From Microcoleus sp. FACHB-831 (GTDB taxonomy: Bacteria > Cyanobacteriota > Cyanobacteriia > Cyanobacteriales > FACHB-T130), in contig NZ_JACJON010000010.1 in assembly GCF_014695585.1 (NCBI RefSeq), forward strand, positions 90,659-130,658: 40,000 nucleotides of DNA, read 5' to 3'. This document shows, piece after piece, positions 1-9,098 of this stretch; the stretch's first letter is position 1; the number at the start of each line of letters is the position of its first letter. Under the pieces are notes generated by a model. That model saw only the letters and a program-made list of their open reading frames with translations. It did not search any database and was not told the origin of the DNA. The position numbers were made by a program, and so were the translations under genes.

Positions 1-419
1 GTTTAATTCGGTTTGTTGGCGTTTCCAATTTCTCAGTAGAACAGATAAAACGCGCCCGCGATGTTGTGGAGATTGTATCAGTTCAGAACCAGTATAATCC
101 CTGGTATCGCGATGCTGAAATTGATGGAGTTATCGAGTATTGCGAACGGGAAAAACTGACGTTTCTGCCTTGGAGTCCGCTGGGTGGAAGTCGTCGCGTT
201 GGTAAACTGGAAGATATTACAGCGATCGCGGATTTAGCTAAACAAAAAAGCGTCTCTGTCTACTCGATTGTACTTGCATGGTTGCGCTGCGAATCACCCT
301 GCATCGTGCCTATCCCCGGCGCGAGTAAGGTATCCAGCATAGAAGACTCGGTGAAGAGTCTTGAAATAAAACTGTCAGTGGAGGATGTGGCAAAAATCGA
401 CCGTGCAACAACTCCGTAG
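1..419 (+). CDS. Aldo/keto reductase, C-terminal part (5' end lies outside the window)
   Basis: Frame 3 is open from base 3 (LIRFVGVSNFSVEQIKRARDVVEIVSVQNQYNPW...), so the GTG at 66 in the ORF track is internal. AKR-type C-terminal motifs are present (QNQYN, LPWSPLGGS, IPGAS). Confidence 0.8.
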   Translation, partial: LIRFVGVSNFSVEQIKRARDVVEIVSVQNQYNPWYRDAEIDGVIEYCEREKLTFLPWSPLGGSRRVGKLEDITAIADLAKQKSVSVYSIVLAWLRCESPCIVPIPGASKVSSIEDSVKSLEIKLSVEDVAKIDRATTP

Positions 420-518
420 TATCTGCAAGTATAAGATGGCGATCGCCTAGAAAATGAGCGATCGCCTATTCACCAATTCTAATATTTGATTAAAGTGCGG
501 CAATGTCCATCTTAAAAA

Positions 519-2525
519 TTAGTTCGGCACTCGCCAGATTTTGATAGTCTTGTCGCCGCTACCAGTAGCAATAGTCTGCCCATCCGGGCTAATCGCAAGG
601 TAATTAACCCAGTTATAATGCCCCTCTAGCGTGCGAATTTCTCGCCCGTTTAATAAATTCCAAATTTTAATAGTCTTGTCAGCACTCCCACTAACTAATT
701 TTTGCCCATCGGGGCTGATCGCCAGATAGTTTACATAGTTAGTATGGCCTTTCAAAGTGCGAATTTCTTGCGCTGTATATATATTCCAAATTTTGATAGT
801 TTTGTCAGCACTCCCACTAGCAAGACTTTCCCCATCAGGGCTTATAGCAAGCGCATTAACATAGTTAGAATGTCCTTTGAGCGTGCGGATTTCTTTCCCC
901 GTGTAAAAATTCCAAATTTTGATAATCTTGTCAGCACTTGCACTAGCCAGAGTCTGTCCATCCGAGCTAATTGCCAGACAATTAATAGGGCTAGAATGCC
1001 CTTTAAGCGTGCGGATTTCTTTCCCTGTACGCAGCTCCCAAATTTTGATAGTGGTGTCAGCGCTTCCACTAGCAAGAATCTGCCCATCCGGGCTAATGGC
1101 GAGGGAATTTACAAAGCTAGAATGACCTTTAAGCGTGCGGATTTCTTTCCCTGTACGCAGCTCCCAAATTTTAATTGTTTTGTCTGCGCTGGCGCTAGCA
1201 ATAATTTCTCCATCGGGGCTAACAACCAAATAATTAACATAGCTAAAATGACCCCTGAGCGTGCGAATTTCTTTTGCTGTCGATAAGTCCCAAATTTTAA
1301 TTGTTTTGTCCGCGCTGGCACTAATTAATTTTTGCCCGTCAGGGCTAATTACAAGGTAATTAACAAAGCTGGAATGGCCGACGAGCGTGTTGATGAGAGT
1401 CAAATTTTCAGAGATAATAAATTGAGGCTTGTAGCGGTTGTAAAGCTGCCAACCTCCATATCCTCCTAATAGCCCAAGCAATACTATAGCCCCTACCACA
1501 ATACCTTTGTTTTTAGCCTCTGCAATTTTTGTGGGTGGTAGCGCAATGTTCGGCGGGGGTTGGGTTATGATATTGGCATTAAGATTAATATTTAGTTGCG
1601 GCTGAGACACTTGAAGCGAAATATTAGCTAGTTCGTCTAAAATTTCTTGAGTATTCTTATGCCGCGCCCCAGCGGTGGGAGCCATCAATTTATCGATAAA
1701 ATCAGCTAGCATCGGTGAAATATCTGGGGCATATTTGCGCCAATCGGATTTATCAGTTAAAGGTTCGTAAATATCTTTATCTGTTGCTTGCTTGGCTGTT
1801 AGTAAATAAACAAAAGTTCGCCCCAAGGCATAAAAATCAGACTGCGGGACTGCATGGCCTTTTTCTTGCTCTGGAGGGGTGTAACCAGCTGAACTAATCC
1901 TCGTTAAGGTACCTGCTTTACCGACTTCAGCGAGGTAAGTATATGTCATTTCTCTAGCTGTGCCAAAGTCAATTAACACTAGCTGTCCGCTGGGGCGGAT
2001 CATAATATTTTGTGGCTTAATATCGCGATGAAAATAATTTTTTTTGTGTACTATATGCAAGATCTCTGCAAGCTGTCTTAACCAGTTAAGAGCTTGAGTC
2101 TGGTTGATGGGCCGATCGCCCTGCTGATTCATCCACTGCTTTAAGTTAAGCCCATCGATCTTTTCCATGATTATGCAATGCACCGCCTCTCTTCCATTTC
2201 TGGGTAGAAACTGGAAGTATCCCTCTGATTCCACTTTGGGAATGCCTGGATGGTTGAGACAGCTTAATACAATTGCTTCTTGCTGAAATAACTCAACGAC
2301 TTTAGGATTTTTGTTGTAATTTTCTTTGAGAATTTTTAATATTTTGGGTGTTGCGCCATCGTAGGCTTCATAAATGTTGCCGAAGCCGCTGTTGTCACTC
2401 AGCAGGCGCATCACCTGATAACGCCCTTGCAATAACAATTCTGAGCCACAATGGCGACAAATGTGGCTTTTAGCGTTGGCGGGATTGTTTGGGCTGGGAC
2501 AGCTGGGGTTGATGCAGTAGCTCAT
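519..2525 (-). CDS. Ser/Thr protein kinase with N-terminal Cys-rich zinc-ribbon-like segment, one TM helix and seven C-terminal WD40 repeats
   Basis: CINPSC...CRHCGSEL at the N-terminus. Hanks kinase motifs HRDIKPQNIM, DFGTA and GYTPPE. TM segment GIVVGAIVLLGLLGGYGGW. Seven units of the type GH..VN.LAISPDG..LASGSADKTIKIW. Confidence 0.9.
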   Translation of the reverse strand: MSYCINPSCPSPNNPANAKSHICRHCGSELLLQGRYQVMRLLSDNSGFGNIYEAYDGATPKILKILKENYNKNPKVVELFQQEAIVLSCLNHPGIPKVESEGYFQFLPRNGREAVHCIIMEKIDGLNLKQWMNQQGDRPINQTQALNWLRQLAEILHIVHKKNYFHRDIKPQNIMIRPSGQLVLIDFGTAREMTYTYLAEVGKAGTLTRISSAGYTPPEQEKGHAVPQSDFYALGRTFVYLLTAKQATDKDIYEPLTDKSDWRKYAPDISPMLADFIDKLMAPTAGARHKNTQEILDELANISLQVSQPQLNINLNANIITQPPPNIALPPTKIAEAKNKGIVVGAIVLLGLLGGYGGWQLYNRYKPQFIISENLTLINTLVGHSSFVNYLVISPDGQKLISASADKTIKIWDLSTAKEIRTLRGHFSYVNYLVVSPDGEIIASASADKTIKIWELRTGKEIRTLKGHSSFVNSLAISPDGQILASGSADTTIKIWELRTGKEIRTLKGHSSPINCLAISSDGQTLASASADKIIKIWNFYTGKEIRTLKGHSNYVNALAISPDGESLASGSADKTIKIWNIYTAQEIRTLKGHTNYVNYLAISPDGQKLVSGSADKTIKIWNLLNGREIRTLEGHYNWVNYLAISPDGQTIATGSGDKTIKIWRVPN
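522..1400. repeat. Seven tandem 126-bp intragenic repeats encoding the WD40 blades
   Basis: 126-bp periodicity is visible (units start with ccaaattttgatag/ccaaattttaat at about 535, 661, 787, 913, 1039, 1165, 1291). An identical ~45-nt stretch (tttaagcgtgcggatttctttccctgtacgcagctcccaaatttt) occurs in two adjacent units (about 1003 and 1129). Confidence 0.9.
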
Positions 2526-2699
2526 AGCTGCCTACGAAGTTGCAATATCCCCAATATAAGATCGATCGCCAACTATCTAGCCAAACTCAGGCTCAAGGCG
2601 TTGGATTGTAATAAAAAAGGACGGGTAACATACCCATCCACAAGACAACTATATACGTGGCGATTACCTGTTACTTGCTCGTACACAATCGCGATGCTA

Positions 2700-3653
2700 T
2701 CACTTGCCAGAACAGCGATCGAACCACTCTTGATAAGTTTTTAGATGTTCGTCATTTTCGAGGACGATTTCAATTCGTACTTTTTTGCAACCGTGACGCC
2801 GCTGCATGGCGATCGCATCTAAAAGATGGCTGGCTGCTTTAGCTGAGGGAAATTCGCCGCTGACTGTTAACCCCTTGTCGCGACTCGCAATCGGCTGGCT
2901 TTCTTCCCTGACAACTTCAGTCACATCAAGTCCAGAAACTTCTCCGTGCCCTAATTCAATTTCTGATAGGTGTTTGTATTCTGGGCTGACTTGTTCAATA
3001 ATCAGTTTTTCGTACCTGACTGGAACCTGTACCATCCGCGTTTCGATTTGTTTGCGGACAATTACTTCGCCCACTTTTCGTTTGGTAGTGCCAATGACTA
3101 ATCGTTCTTCTAGTAAACGAATAACCTCTTCTGTCACCACCTCTGAATTTTCATCAAAATCTATCGCATCATCCATCTCAGATTCGTCGTGAATATCTTC
3201 TTGTTCACCTATAACTGGCATTGACGAAGCAGGAGAGTTGATATCTTGCCTAATTGCATTCTCGTCAAACATCCCAGGATTTAGCATTTCTGGACTGGAT
3301 GGCTGTTCTGAATTACCGACTCGCGGCTTCGTCGGCACATACTCTGGCAACTGGTCTATTTCCGCTTTGCTAATGTCTACTACAAGCGATTTTGCCGAAG
3401 AATCAAGTCGCTGTATGTAGTTACTTCTTAATAAGAAGAAGCGATCGCCCTGGAAACTATCCTGCTGATAGATGACTAGGTTGAGTGAGCGATCGCTATC
3501 TAGTTTTGCATCTTTCACCTGCCCAATCTGATGGCCTAGCCGATCGACAACGGTAAAATCCCTCAGCTTAGTTCTCAGTTTTTCGAGCAATACTTTGAGC
3601 CGAAGATTGGTTTTACCAGATTCCACCTTGGTTGCAGATGTTGGGTTGTCCAT
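2700..3653 (-). CDS. PRC-barrel-like / DUF2382 (YsnF/AvaK-type) domain protein
   Basis: N-terminal PRC-barrel-like segment (VVDRLGHQIGQVKDAKLD...). DUF2382-type segment EEVIRLLEERLVIGTTKRKVGEVIVRKQIETRMVQVPVRYEKLIIEQV. ATG start at 3653. Confidence 0.8.
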   Translation of the reverse strand: MDNPTSATKVESGKTNLRLKVLLEKLRTKLRDFTVVDRLGHQIGQVKDAKLDSDRSLNLVIYQQDSFQGDRFFLLRSNYIQRLDSSAKSLVVDISKAEIDQLPEYVPTKPRVGNSEQPSSPEMLNPGMFDENAIRQDINSPASSMPVIGEQEDIHDESEMDDAIDFDENSEVVTEEVIRLLEERLVIGTTKRKVGEVIVRKQIETRMVQVPVRYEKLIIEQVSPEYKHLSEIELGHGEVSGLDVTEVVREESQPIASRDKGLTVSGEFPSAKAASHLLDAIAMQRRHGCKKVRIEIVLENDEHLKTYQEWFDRCSGK

Positions 3654-3717
3654 TTTCCAGATTTCCTAAATGACTTTGACCGTTTTGTATTTAAATCTGC
3701 CACGCTAGTCTATAGAA

Positions 3718-3924
3718 TCAGGATTGGTAATTTACATCCATCCAACAGCGCGGTAAGCTTTCGCCTGAAGGAAAAATTAATTGCTCTTTTTCAAAAGACG
3801 CTGGATCTTGTTCCTCTTGTCCAGCTTGATCTTTTCCATGCACCGCTTTTTCATTAGGGTTGAACAGCGCCTCAATATTGAGAACTTTTATCAACTCGCC
3901 AGATTCTTTGCTTTTTAAAAACAT
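3718..3924 (-). CDS. Small conserved-looking hypothetical protein (68 aa)
   Basis: ATG-initiated ORF lying between the two PRC/DUF2382 genes on the same strand. No recognisable domain. Confidence 0.5.
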   Translation of the reverse strand: MFLKSKESGELIKVLNIEALFNPNEKAVHGKDQAGQEEQDPASFEKEQLIFPSGESLPRCWMDVNYQS

Positions 3925-4043
3925 AGTTACTCCCTGAGTACTCTACAAATGCAATTGCTTATCTATCAAATTTCCAACAAATCTGTGTAGCTTAACCCCA
4001 GCTACGCCAACAGATACACTTACACAAAAATTGAGGTGAGTTT

Positions 4044-4091
4044 AAAAAAGTACAGGCAGAGCATAAGATCTGCCCCGCCTGCACAGTTTTT
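4044..4091 (-). terminator. Candidate intrinsic terminator downstream of the 4141..5061 gene
   Basis: Hairpin GGCAGA-8 nt-TCTGCC flanked by A6 on the left and T5 on the right. Read on the minus strand, the stem is followed by TGTACTTTTTT. Confidence 0.45.
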
Positions 4092-4140
4092 AATCAATCA
4101 GGCCAGTTAGCTAACTCAATATTTGTGTTGAGCGGGCTAT

Positions 4141-5061
4141 TTACAAACGGTCAGAGCGGATTTGATCGCCGTCGCGTACAACTGGTTGACCATCGGTATT
4201 AATGTCTAACTCTTCGCGACGAAGGGTTTCTTCGGCGTTAACAGTGTCGCGATCTACGACTTTCTTGACTCGGACTTCTTCACGTACAAAGGCTTCTTTG
4301 TGAATATCAGGAGTTTCTTCGTAGACTTCGATTCGTGCTACTTCACCTTCGCCAAACGCAACTTCCCCAGGAGCAATTACTGCTCCGGCGTCGGTAGGTG
4401 TAACTCGCTCGATGACAACTCTTTCTTTTTCGATAGGCACTGATGCGCGTGCAGTTTCAGTTTCAACGCGCTTGCCAACTGCTACTTCCCCTGTCTTGAC
4501 GCGGGTTTTGTTGGCAATAAGCCGTTCTTGGTAAAGTTTGAATGTTTGATGATCGCGATCGTTCAGCGCGTAGAGATCTGGTTCGCGATCGTAGTTGTAG
4601 GTGTCGCGATCGTATGTATTGCCGAGCGTTCCCGGTGTAGTAGCAAAAGATTCTGCTGTTGGTGCTGCTGCTTCTGCTGGCGTGCTTCCTATGCCAGCGG
4701 GGTTGCGATATACGCCCCTAACTTGTTCTTCATGATCGTAATCAAGAGCCAGACGCTCGTTAAACTCCGGCAAAGCTTCCGCTTGCTCTTTGCTCATGCC
4801 TAGTGCATATACCCGATGAGAGTTATAATCTACACGAGAACGCCCAATGGGTAGCATTACTTTTTTGCCAAAAACCCAAAATCCGAGGTCTACTACTAAA
4901 TATCGGAAATGGCCTTGTTCATCCACTAAAACGTCTGTAACCGAACCAATTTTTTCTTCAGTTGCACTTGCGTCTGTGTAAACATCAAGCCCCTTGATGT
5001 CATCGCCACCAAAAGTTTCTTTATAGTCTGGATCGAAGTCTTGCAGTTTTAAAAGAGCCAT
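4141..5061 (-). CDS. PRC-barrel + DUF2382 domain protein (AvaK-like)
   Basis: N-terminal PRC-barrel segment (IGSVTDVLVDEQGHFRYLVVDLGFWVFGKKVMLPIG). DUF2382-type segment FKLYQERLIANKTRVKTGEVAVGKRVETETARASVPIEKERVVIERV. Confidence 0.85.
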   Translation of the reverse strand: MALLKLQDFDPDYKETFGGDDIKGLDVYTDASATEEKIGSVTDVLVDEQGHFRYLVVDLGFWVFGKKVMLPIGRSRVDYNSHRVYALGMSKEQAEALPEFNERLALDYDHEEQVRGVYRNPAGIGSTPAEAAAPTAESFATTPGTLGNTYDRDTYNYDREPDLYALNDRDHQTFKLYQERLIANKTRVKTGEVAVGKRVETETARASVPIEKERVVIERVTPTDAGAVIAPGEVAFGEGEVARIEVYEETPDIHKEAFVREEVRVKKVVDRDTVNAEETLRREELDINTDGQPVVRDGDQIRSDRL

Positions 5062-5191
5062 ATGTTATTGTTACTCCGTTGATTTATACAAACCATTATT
5101 AAAAATTTATAGGCATGACTTCATCTTTCTATCGACTGATTAATGGAGTTTTAATATTGAAAACGATTGTTAAGAATTGCATCATTTTTTA

Positions 5192-5830
5192 ATGTCTAAT
5201 CCTTCTTGGCTATCTCTAATGGAACAGCACCGCGCGATCGCTGTCATTCGTTCTCCCGAATTGGAAAAAGGGCGGCAAATGGCTCATGCTGCGGCATCTG
5301 GAGGGATGCGACTGATTGAGATTACTTGGAATAGCGACAAGCCAGCAGAGCTGATTAGTCTGCTGCGCGATGAGTTACCCAAGTGCATAATTGGCACGGG
5401 AACCCTCTTAAAACTAGAGGAGGTGGAGAATGCGATCGCCTGCGGTGCCCAGTTCCTCTTCACCCCCCACGTTAACCCCACTCTCATCAAAGCAGCCGTA
5501 GATGGGGGCGTGCCCATCATACCGGGCGCACTCTCGCCGACAGAAATAGTGACAGCGTGGCAAGCGGGTGCTAGCTGTGTAAAAGTGTTTCCCGTTGAAG
5601 CAGTCGGGGGAGCAAAATACATCAAAAGTTTACAAGGCCCGTTGGGTGACATCCCCTTAATTCCTACTGGCGGCGTGACCCTGGAAAATGCAAAAGAATT
5701 TATACAAGCAGGAGCGATCGCAGTTGGTCTTTCGGGCAGTTTATTCCCCAAACACTTAGTAGCAGCCGGGAAGTGGGAAGCCATGCAAAAGCTAGCTCAA
5801 AACCTTATGCACGGTTTGGCAACTTGCTAA
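5192..5830 (+). CDS. eda: 2-dehydro-3-deoxyphosphogluconate / 4-hydroxy-2-oxoglutarate aldolase (KDPG aldolase family)
   Basis: Motifs IAVIRS, IEITWNS, IGTGTL, FTPH, IIPGALSPTEI, VKVFP...GG..YIKSL.GP, IPTGGV. I prefer the ATG at 5192 (MSNPSW...) to the TTG at 5177 in the ORF track. Confidence 0.85.
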   Translation: MSNPSWLSLMEQHRAIAVIRSPELEKGRQMAHAAASGGMRLIEITWNSDKPAELISLLRDELPKCIIGTGTLLKLEEVENAIACGAQFLFTPHVNPTLIKAAVDGGVPIIPGALSPTEIVTAWQAGASCVKVFPVEAVGGAKYIKSLQGPLGDIPLIPTGGVTLENAKEFIQAGAIAVGLSGSLFPKHLVAAGKWEAMQKLAQNLMHGLATC

Positions 5831-5967
5831 GCAAGCCCAAAGTTAAAAGGTAAAAGGCAAAATAAAGAAAAATTATGCCCTTCAAAAATTTTGGCCAGTG
5901 CGGGGGCAAATTAAATGTGGGACACCTTAAAAGGGGACATAGAAAAGTTATGAATTATGAATTATGA

Positions 5968-5990
5968 GTGATGAATTATTAATTCATCAC
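5968..5990. repeat. Perfect 11-bp inverted repeat with a 1-nt centre (GTGATGAATTA-T-TAATTCATCAC), preceded by tandem TATGAAT heptamers
   Basis: Read directly from the sequence in the eda / L,D-transpeptidase intergenic region. Confidence 0.9.
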
Positions 5991-6154
5991 TTAACAACCT
6001 TAAAGCTAAAAACTTTTCCCGTTGTACCATGCCTCTAATCCCCCGGCTCCCTCAAGCCAAAAAATTATAAAAATTAATTTTTTCCTGGTTGCAAATTAGA
6101 GCGCCAGCTTGTAAGTTAAACTCAATCTAGCGGGATTTCCTCAAGGTTCATAAC

Positions 6155-6700
6155 ATGAAAAGCCTAATATTTTCGGCTTGGTTGCGTCGGTCTGTAGGTT
6201 TCTGGTTTGGTCTAGCACTAATATTGACGGGTTTGTTTTCCTGGTCAACAATGCCAGCTGAGGCGGCGTCGAGATCTTCTGTACGGGCACGGCAGGCTTC
6301 GGTACAGAAAAACAGAATTAAAAGAAAAGCTGCCAAAGTGCGTTCTCAGCGTCGCTGGATTAAAGTTGACCTTTCAAGCCAGCGGTTAGTTGCTTACGAA
6401 GGTGGAAGACCAGTTTATTCAACCCGCATTTCCAGCGGCAAGCGCTCGACTCCTACTCCCACCGGAACCTATACAATTCAAAATAAGCTGCGCTCAACTC
6501 GCATGCGTGGCCGGGACTACAATGTTCCCAACGTTCCTTATGCAATGTTTTACTCTGGTAACTATGCTATTCATGGAGCTTACTGGCATAACCGCTTTGG
6601 TACGCGAGTGAGTCATGGCTGTGTTAATTTGCCTGTCTCTCAAGCCCGCAAAATTTATAACTGGGCATCGCCAGGTACAAAGGTTGTAATCCGTCAGTAG
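6155..6700 (+). CDS. L,D-transpeptidase (YkuD domain), secreted
   Basis: N-terminal signal/TM segment. YkuD-type catalytic region ...YAIHGAYW...SHGCVNLP. Confidence 0.85.
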   Translation: MKSLIFSAWLRRSVGFWFGLALILTGLFSWSTMPAEAASRSSVRARQASVQKNRIKRKAAKVRSQRRWIKVDLSSQRLVAYEGGRPVYSTRISSGKRSTPTPTGTYTIQNKLRSTRMRGRDYNVPNVPYAMFYSGNYAIHGAYWHNRFGTRVSHGCVNLPVSQARKIYNWASPGTKVVIRQ

Positions 6701-6719
6701 GAAAATTTTGGATTTGGGA

Positions 6720-6766
6720 TTTTAGATTTTGGATTTAATTGCCAATCCAAAATCTAAAATCTTTTT
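6720..6766. terminator. Bidirectional hairpin terminator between convergent genes, built from STRR-like heptamer repeats
   Basis: Perfect 16-bp stem TTTTAGATTTTGGATT (6720-6735) / AATCCAAAATCTAAAA (6744-6759), with an 8-nt loop, followed by TCTTTTT. Upstream lies GATTTGG/GATTTTA-type tandem heptamers. Confidence 0.7.
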
Positions 6767-8360
6767 AGCTTAATTGAACTACAGCCCGATCTTCTAACAA
6801 GGTTTGGTTAGTTAGCAAATCTTCAACAGTTATTCGCAGAAAACGCTGGGCATCAACGCGAAAGAAAAGTTTGATGCGATCGCTCCCTGGAAACCCCGGT
6901 GGTGTCAGTTGGGCAATAGTACGCGCACCTTCTCTGTCGTTGAGCGGTTGCACTGGTATTTCGCCTGTAAATGGTCGGCGAGTGACTAAGCGATCGCCTT
7001 CAAAATAAACTTCGGTTCCGCCACTTTCAGAACCCAATTCGCCCATAATTAATTCTATGCTCGGCTGGTTTTCTACCGATGCTCCTAGAACTAATTCCAC
7101 TGGCTGATTCATAGGATATGCTTGCCCAGCTTTAATCAAAGAATGCCAGGAATGGCGATTATTTCGGCGATCCCAATAACGAATTCCGTAACTGTGATAG
7201 AGAAAATCTTGCAGTTCGACGCCTTGACTAAGTTGGAGTGCCCCTTGAGCGATCGCTTCAAACGGTTTTTCACACCTAATTTTGCTTTCCTCAAAGTATT
7301 GCTGCACCCAAGTTTTTACGGCTGGAATTTGCACGGTTCCGCCAACTAATAAGACAGCATCAATATCTCCAACTTCTATCCCCTGTCTTCGTGCTTGCTG
7401 CAACAACTGAGTCATTGACTCATCTAGGTTTTCAAAAAACTCGTGTTCTTTGAGGATGGAATTAAAGCGATCGCGGTCTAATTCTAATTCGTAACTCTCA
7501 AATGTCTCGTCGTTGAAATAAACCTCGCTTGCTTTATCTTGCGAAGAAAGCTGAATTTTTAATCTTTCAGCCAAGCGAGTAGTTAGGGGCGATCGCGCTA
7601 ATCCTTGAGTATCGGCAAAGTAATCTACCAGCCAGTTATCGATATCAGAACCACCCAAATTTTGCCCAGCTTTGGCCAAGACGCGGGCGGTTTTTGGCTT
7701 CTGTGCGGACTTCTCGCCCAACTGTTTGTTACCCCATTTAAGGATAAAACCCAGCGGTTTCTTAGCTGCTGTACTATCTAACCGCACTAGGGAAAGATCC
7801 AGCGTACCGCCGCCGAAGTCTATCACTAGCAGCAGTTGCTTGTCTGCCATGCCGTAGCCCAAAGCTGCTGCTGTGGGTTCATCCAACATTTGCACTTGTT
7901 GCACTGCTAACCCTTGACACACTTTGCCCAGCCAGTTGCGGTAGGCTTCAAAGCTGTCAACGGGCACGGTTAATATTAAAGACTGGCTGCTGTCGGGGTT
8001 GTCGGCGTTGAGTTGTTCAATTAGTTGGGTAAGGAACCACTCTCCTACTTGTTCAAAAGTAAGTATCTGCCCGTCGAGTTCTGGGATGAATCCTTGGATA
8101 TCGGCACCGATACCTCGTTTGAAGTTGCGGAAGAAGCGGGGGTCGGTTTTGAGATCCAAACCGCGATCGCGCACTTGCTGTCCTACCACAACTTTTCCCA
8201 GCGAGGCGTCCTCAACATAGAGCAAGCTGGGAATCAGGGGTGGATTTTCAGCTATTTTGAGCGATAAGCCAGGTAAACTAAGGGTTTCTGGCTGCTGGGT
8301 GGCTGAGTTCCACCGCGTAATTACCGTGTTGCTAGTTCCAAAATCAATTGCGATCGCCAT
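6765..8360 (-). CDS. Hsp70-family protein (DnaK paralogue, 531 aa, apparently without the helical lid)
   Basis: IDFGTSNT, DEPTAAALGY, VIDFGGGTLD and LLVGGTVQIPAV nucleotide-binding motifs. A short beta-rich C-terminal region ends the protein. Confidence 0.9.
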   Translation of the reverse strand: MAIAIDFGTSNTVITRWNSATQQPETLSLPGLSLKIAENPPLIPSLLYVEDASLGKVVVGQQVRDRGLDLKTDPRFFRNFKRGIGADIQGFIPELDGQILTFEQVGEWFLTQLIEQLNADNPDSSQSLILTVPVDSFEAYRNWLGKVCQGLAVQQVQMLDEPTAAALGYGMADKQLLLVIDFGGGTLDLSLVRLDSTAAKKPLGFILKWGNKQLGEKSAQKPKTARVLAKAGQNLGGSDIDNWLVDYFADTQGLARSPLTTRLAERLKIQLSSQDKASEVYFNDETFESYELELDRDRFNSILKEHEFFENLDESMTQLLQQARRQGIEVGDIDAVLLVGGTVQIPAVKTWVQQYFEESKIRCEKPFEAIAQGALQLSQGVELQDFLYHSYGIRYWDRRNNRHSWHSLIKAGQAYPMNQPVELVLGASVENQPSIELIMGELGSESGGTEVYFEGDRLVTRRPFTGEIPVQPLNDREGARTIAQLTPPGFPGSDRIKLFFRVDAQRFLRITVEDLLTNQTLLEDRAVVQLS

Positions 8361-8714
8361 GAGGCTTTACTTTACGAAGCAAGGGTCGATAACTTCCTCA
8401 ATGGATTTTAGCAACGAACCTTCCTGTTTCCATGCACATTACGCGGTTTAGTTGTCTATGCTCTCAAACCTTTGTCGCCTGAAGGCTGCGGTGCCATGTC
8501 AGATCTAGCCTAGCAGGGCATTCCGTTACTTAATATACATTTTCTTGCCTTTAGAGTACATCTATGGTATTTTGCAACTACTTCTTTGGACGCAGGGCAA
8601 GTAAATGAAACATTTTTTAACATAGTGGGTAAGGGGGAGTAAAGAGTTATAAAAACGCTCCAGCCCTGGATTGGTAGAAAATCTGCAAATCATTAACTAA
8701 AAAGGGCTGAAATA

Positions 8715-8942
8715 ATGAATAACGAGCAAGGAACAGAAGCTACGGATTTTTTGACAAGTCTAAAAAGCGGTATCTGGCTTGTGGGTGTATCCTCATGGCT
8801 GTTTGGAATTACGGATAGAAGTATCGCTTCGTTTTCTGATGGCTATTTGTCTTCTTTGGATCTGGTGCAACTATTTACGGCTTCCTTCTTTTTTGTGAGT
8901 TGGTTGTTTTTGAAGCCAGCATCTAGGGTAAAAAACTCATAA
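8715..8942 (+). CDS. Possible small membrane protein (75 aa)
   Basis: ATG ORF with two hydrophobic segments. No homology recognised and the ribosome-binding site is weak. Confidence 0.3.
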   Translation: MNNEQGTEATDFLTSLKSGIWLVGVSSWLFGITDRSIASFSDGYLSSLDLVQLFTASFFFVSWLFLKPASRVKNS

Positions 8943-9098
8943 TTTCCGTGGGGAAGAAGAAGAGATGATGAAATTAGCGATCGCAGAGTTCGGGGGGCGA
9001 TCGCTTATAGCATTTTAAGAACAAATACTCCTATAAATGCAAAGTGAGAGCGCGAGCGTGGAGCGTCTTCGTAGGAGAATCTCATTTATCCTTTTTTA

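Noticed and set aside
702-1286. A 194-aa plus-strand ORF, and several 60-80-aa ORFs on both strands, inside the WD40 region
   Set aside because: They lie antisense or out of frame to a kinase-WD40 gene with clear motifs. Their repetitive, low-complexity translations are a by-product of the 126-bp DNA repeat.
5284-5784. A 166-aa minus-strand ORF overlapping eda
   Set aside because: It is entirely antisense to a gene with clear KDPG-aldolase motifs. Its Pro/Ala/Gly-rich translation is typical of the reverse frame of a GC-richer gene.
6701-6760. Short tandem GATTTTG/GATTTGG-type repeats as a mini CRISPR or VNTR locus
   Set aside because: There are only a few heptamers, and they form a perfect hairpin between convergent genes. 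This is consistent with STRR-like repeats serving as a terminator, not a CRISPR array.
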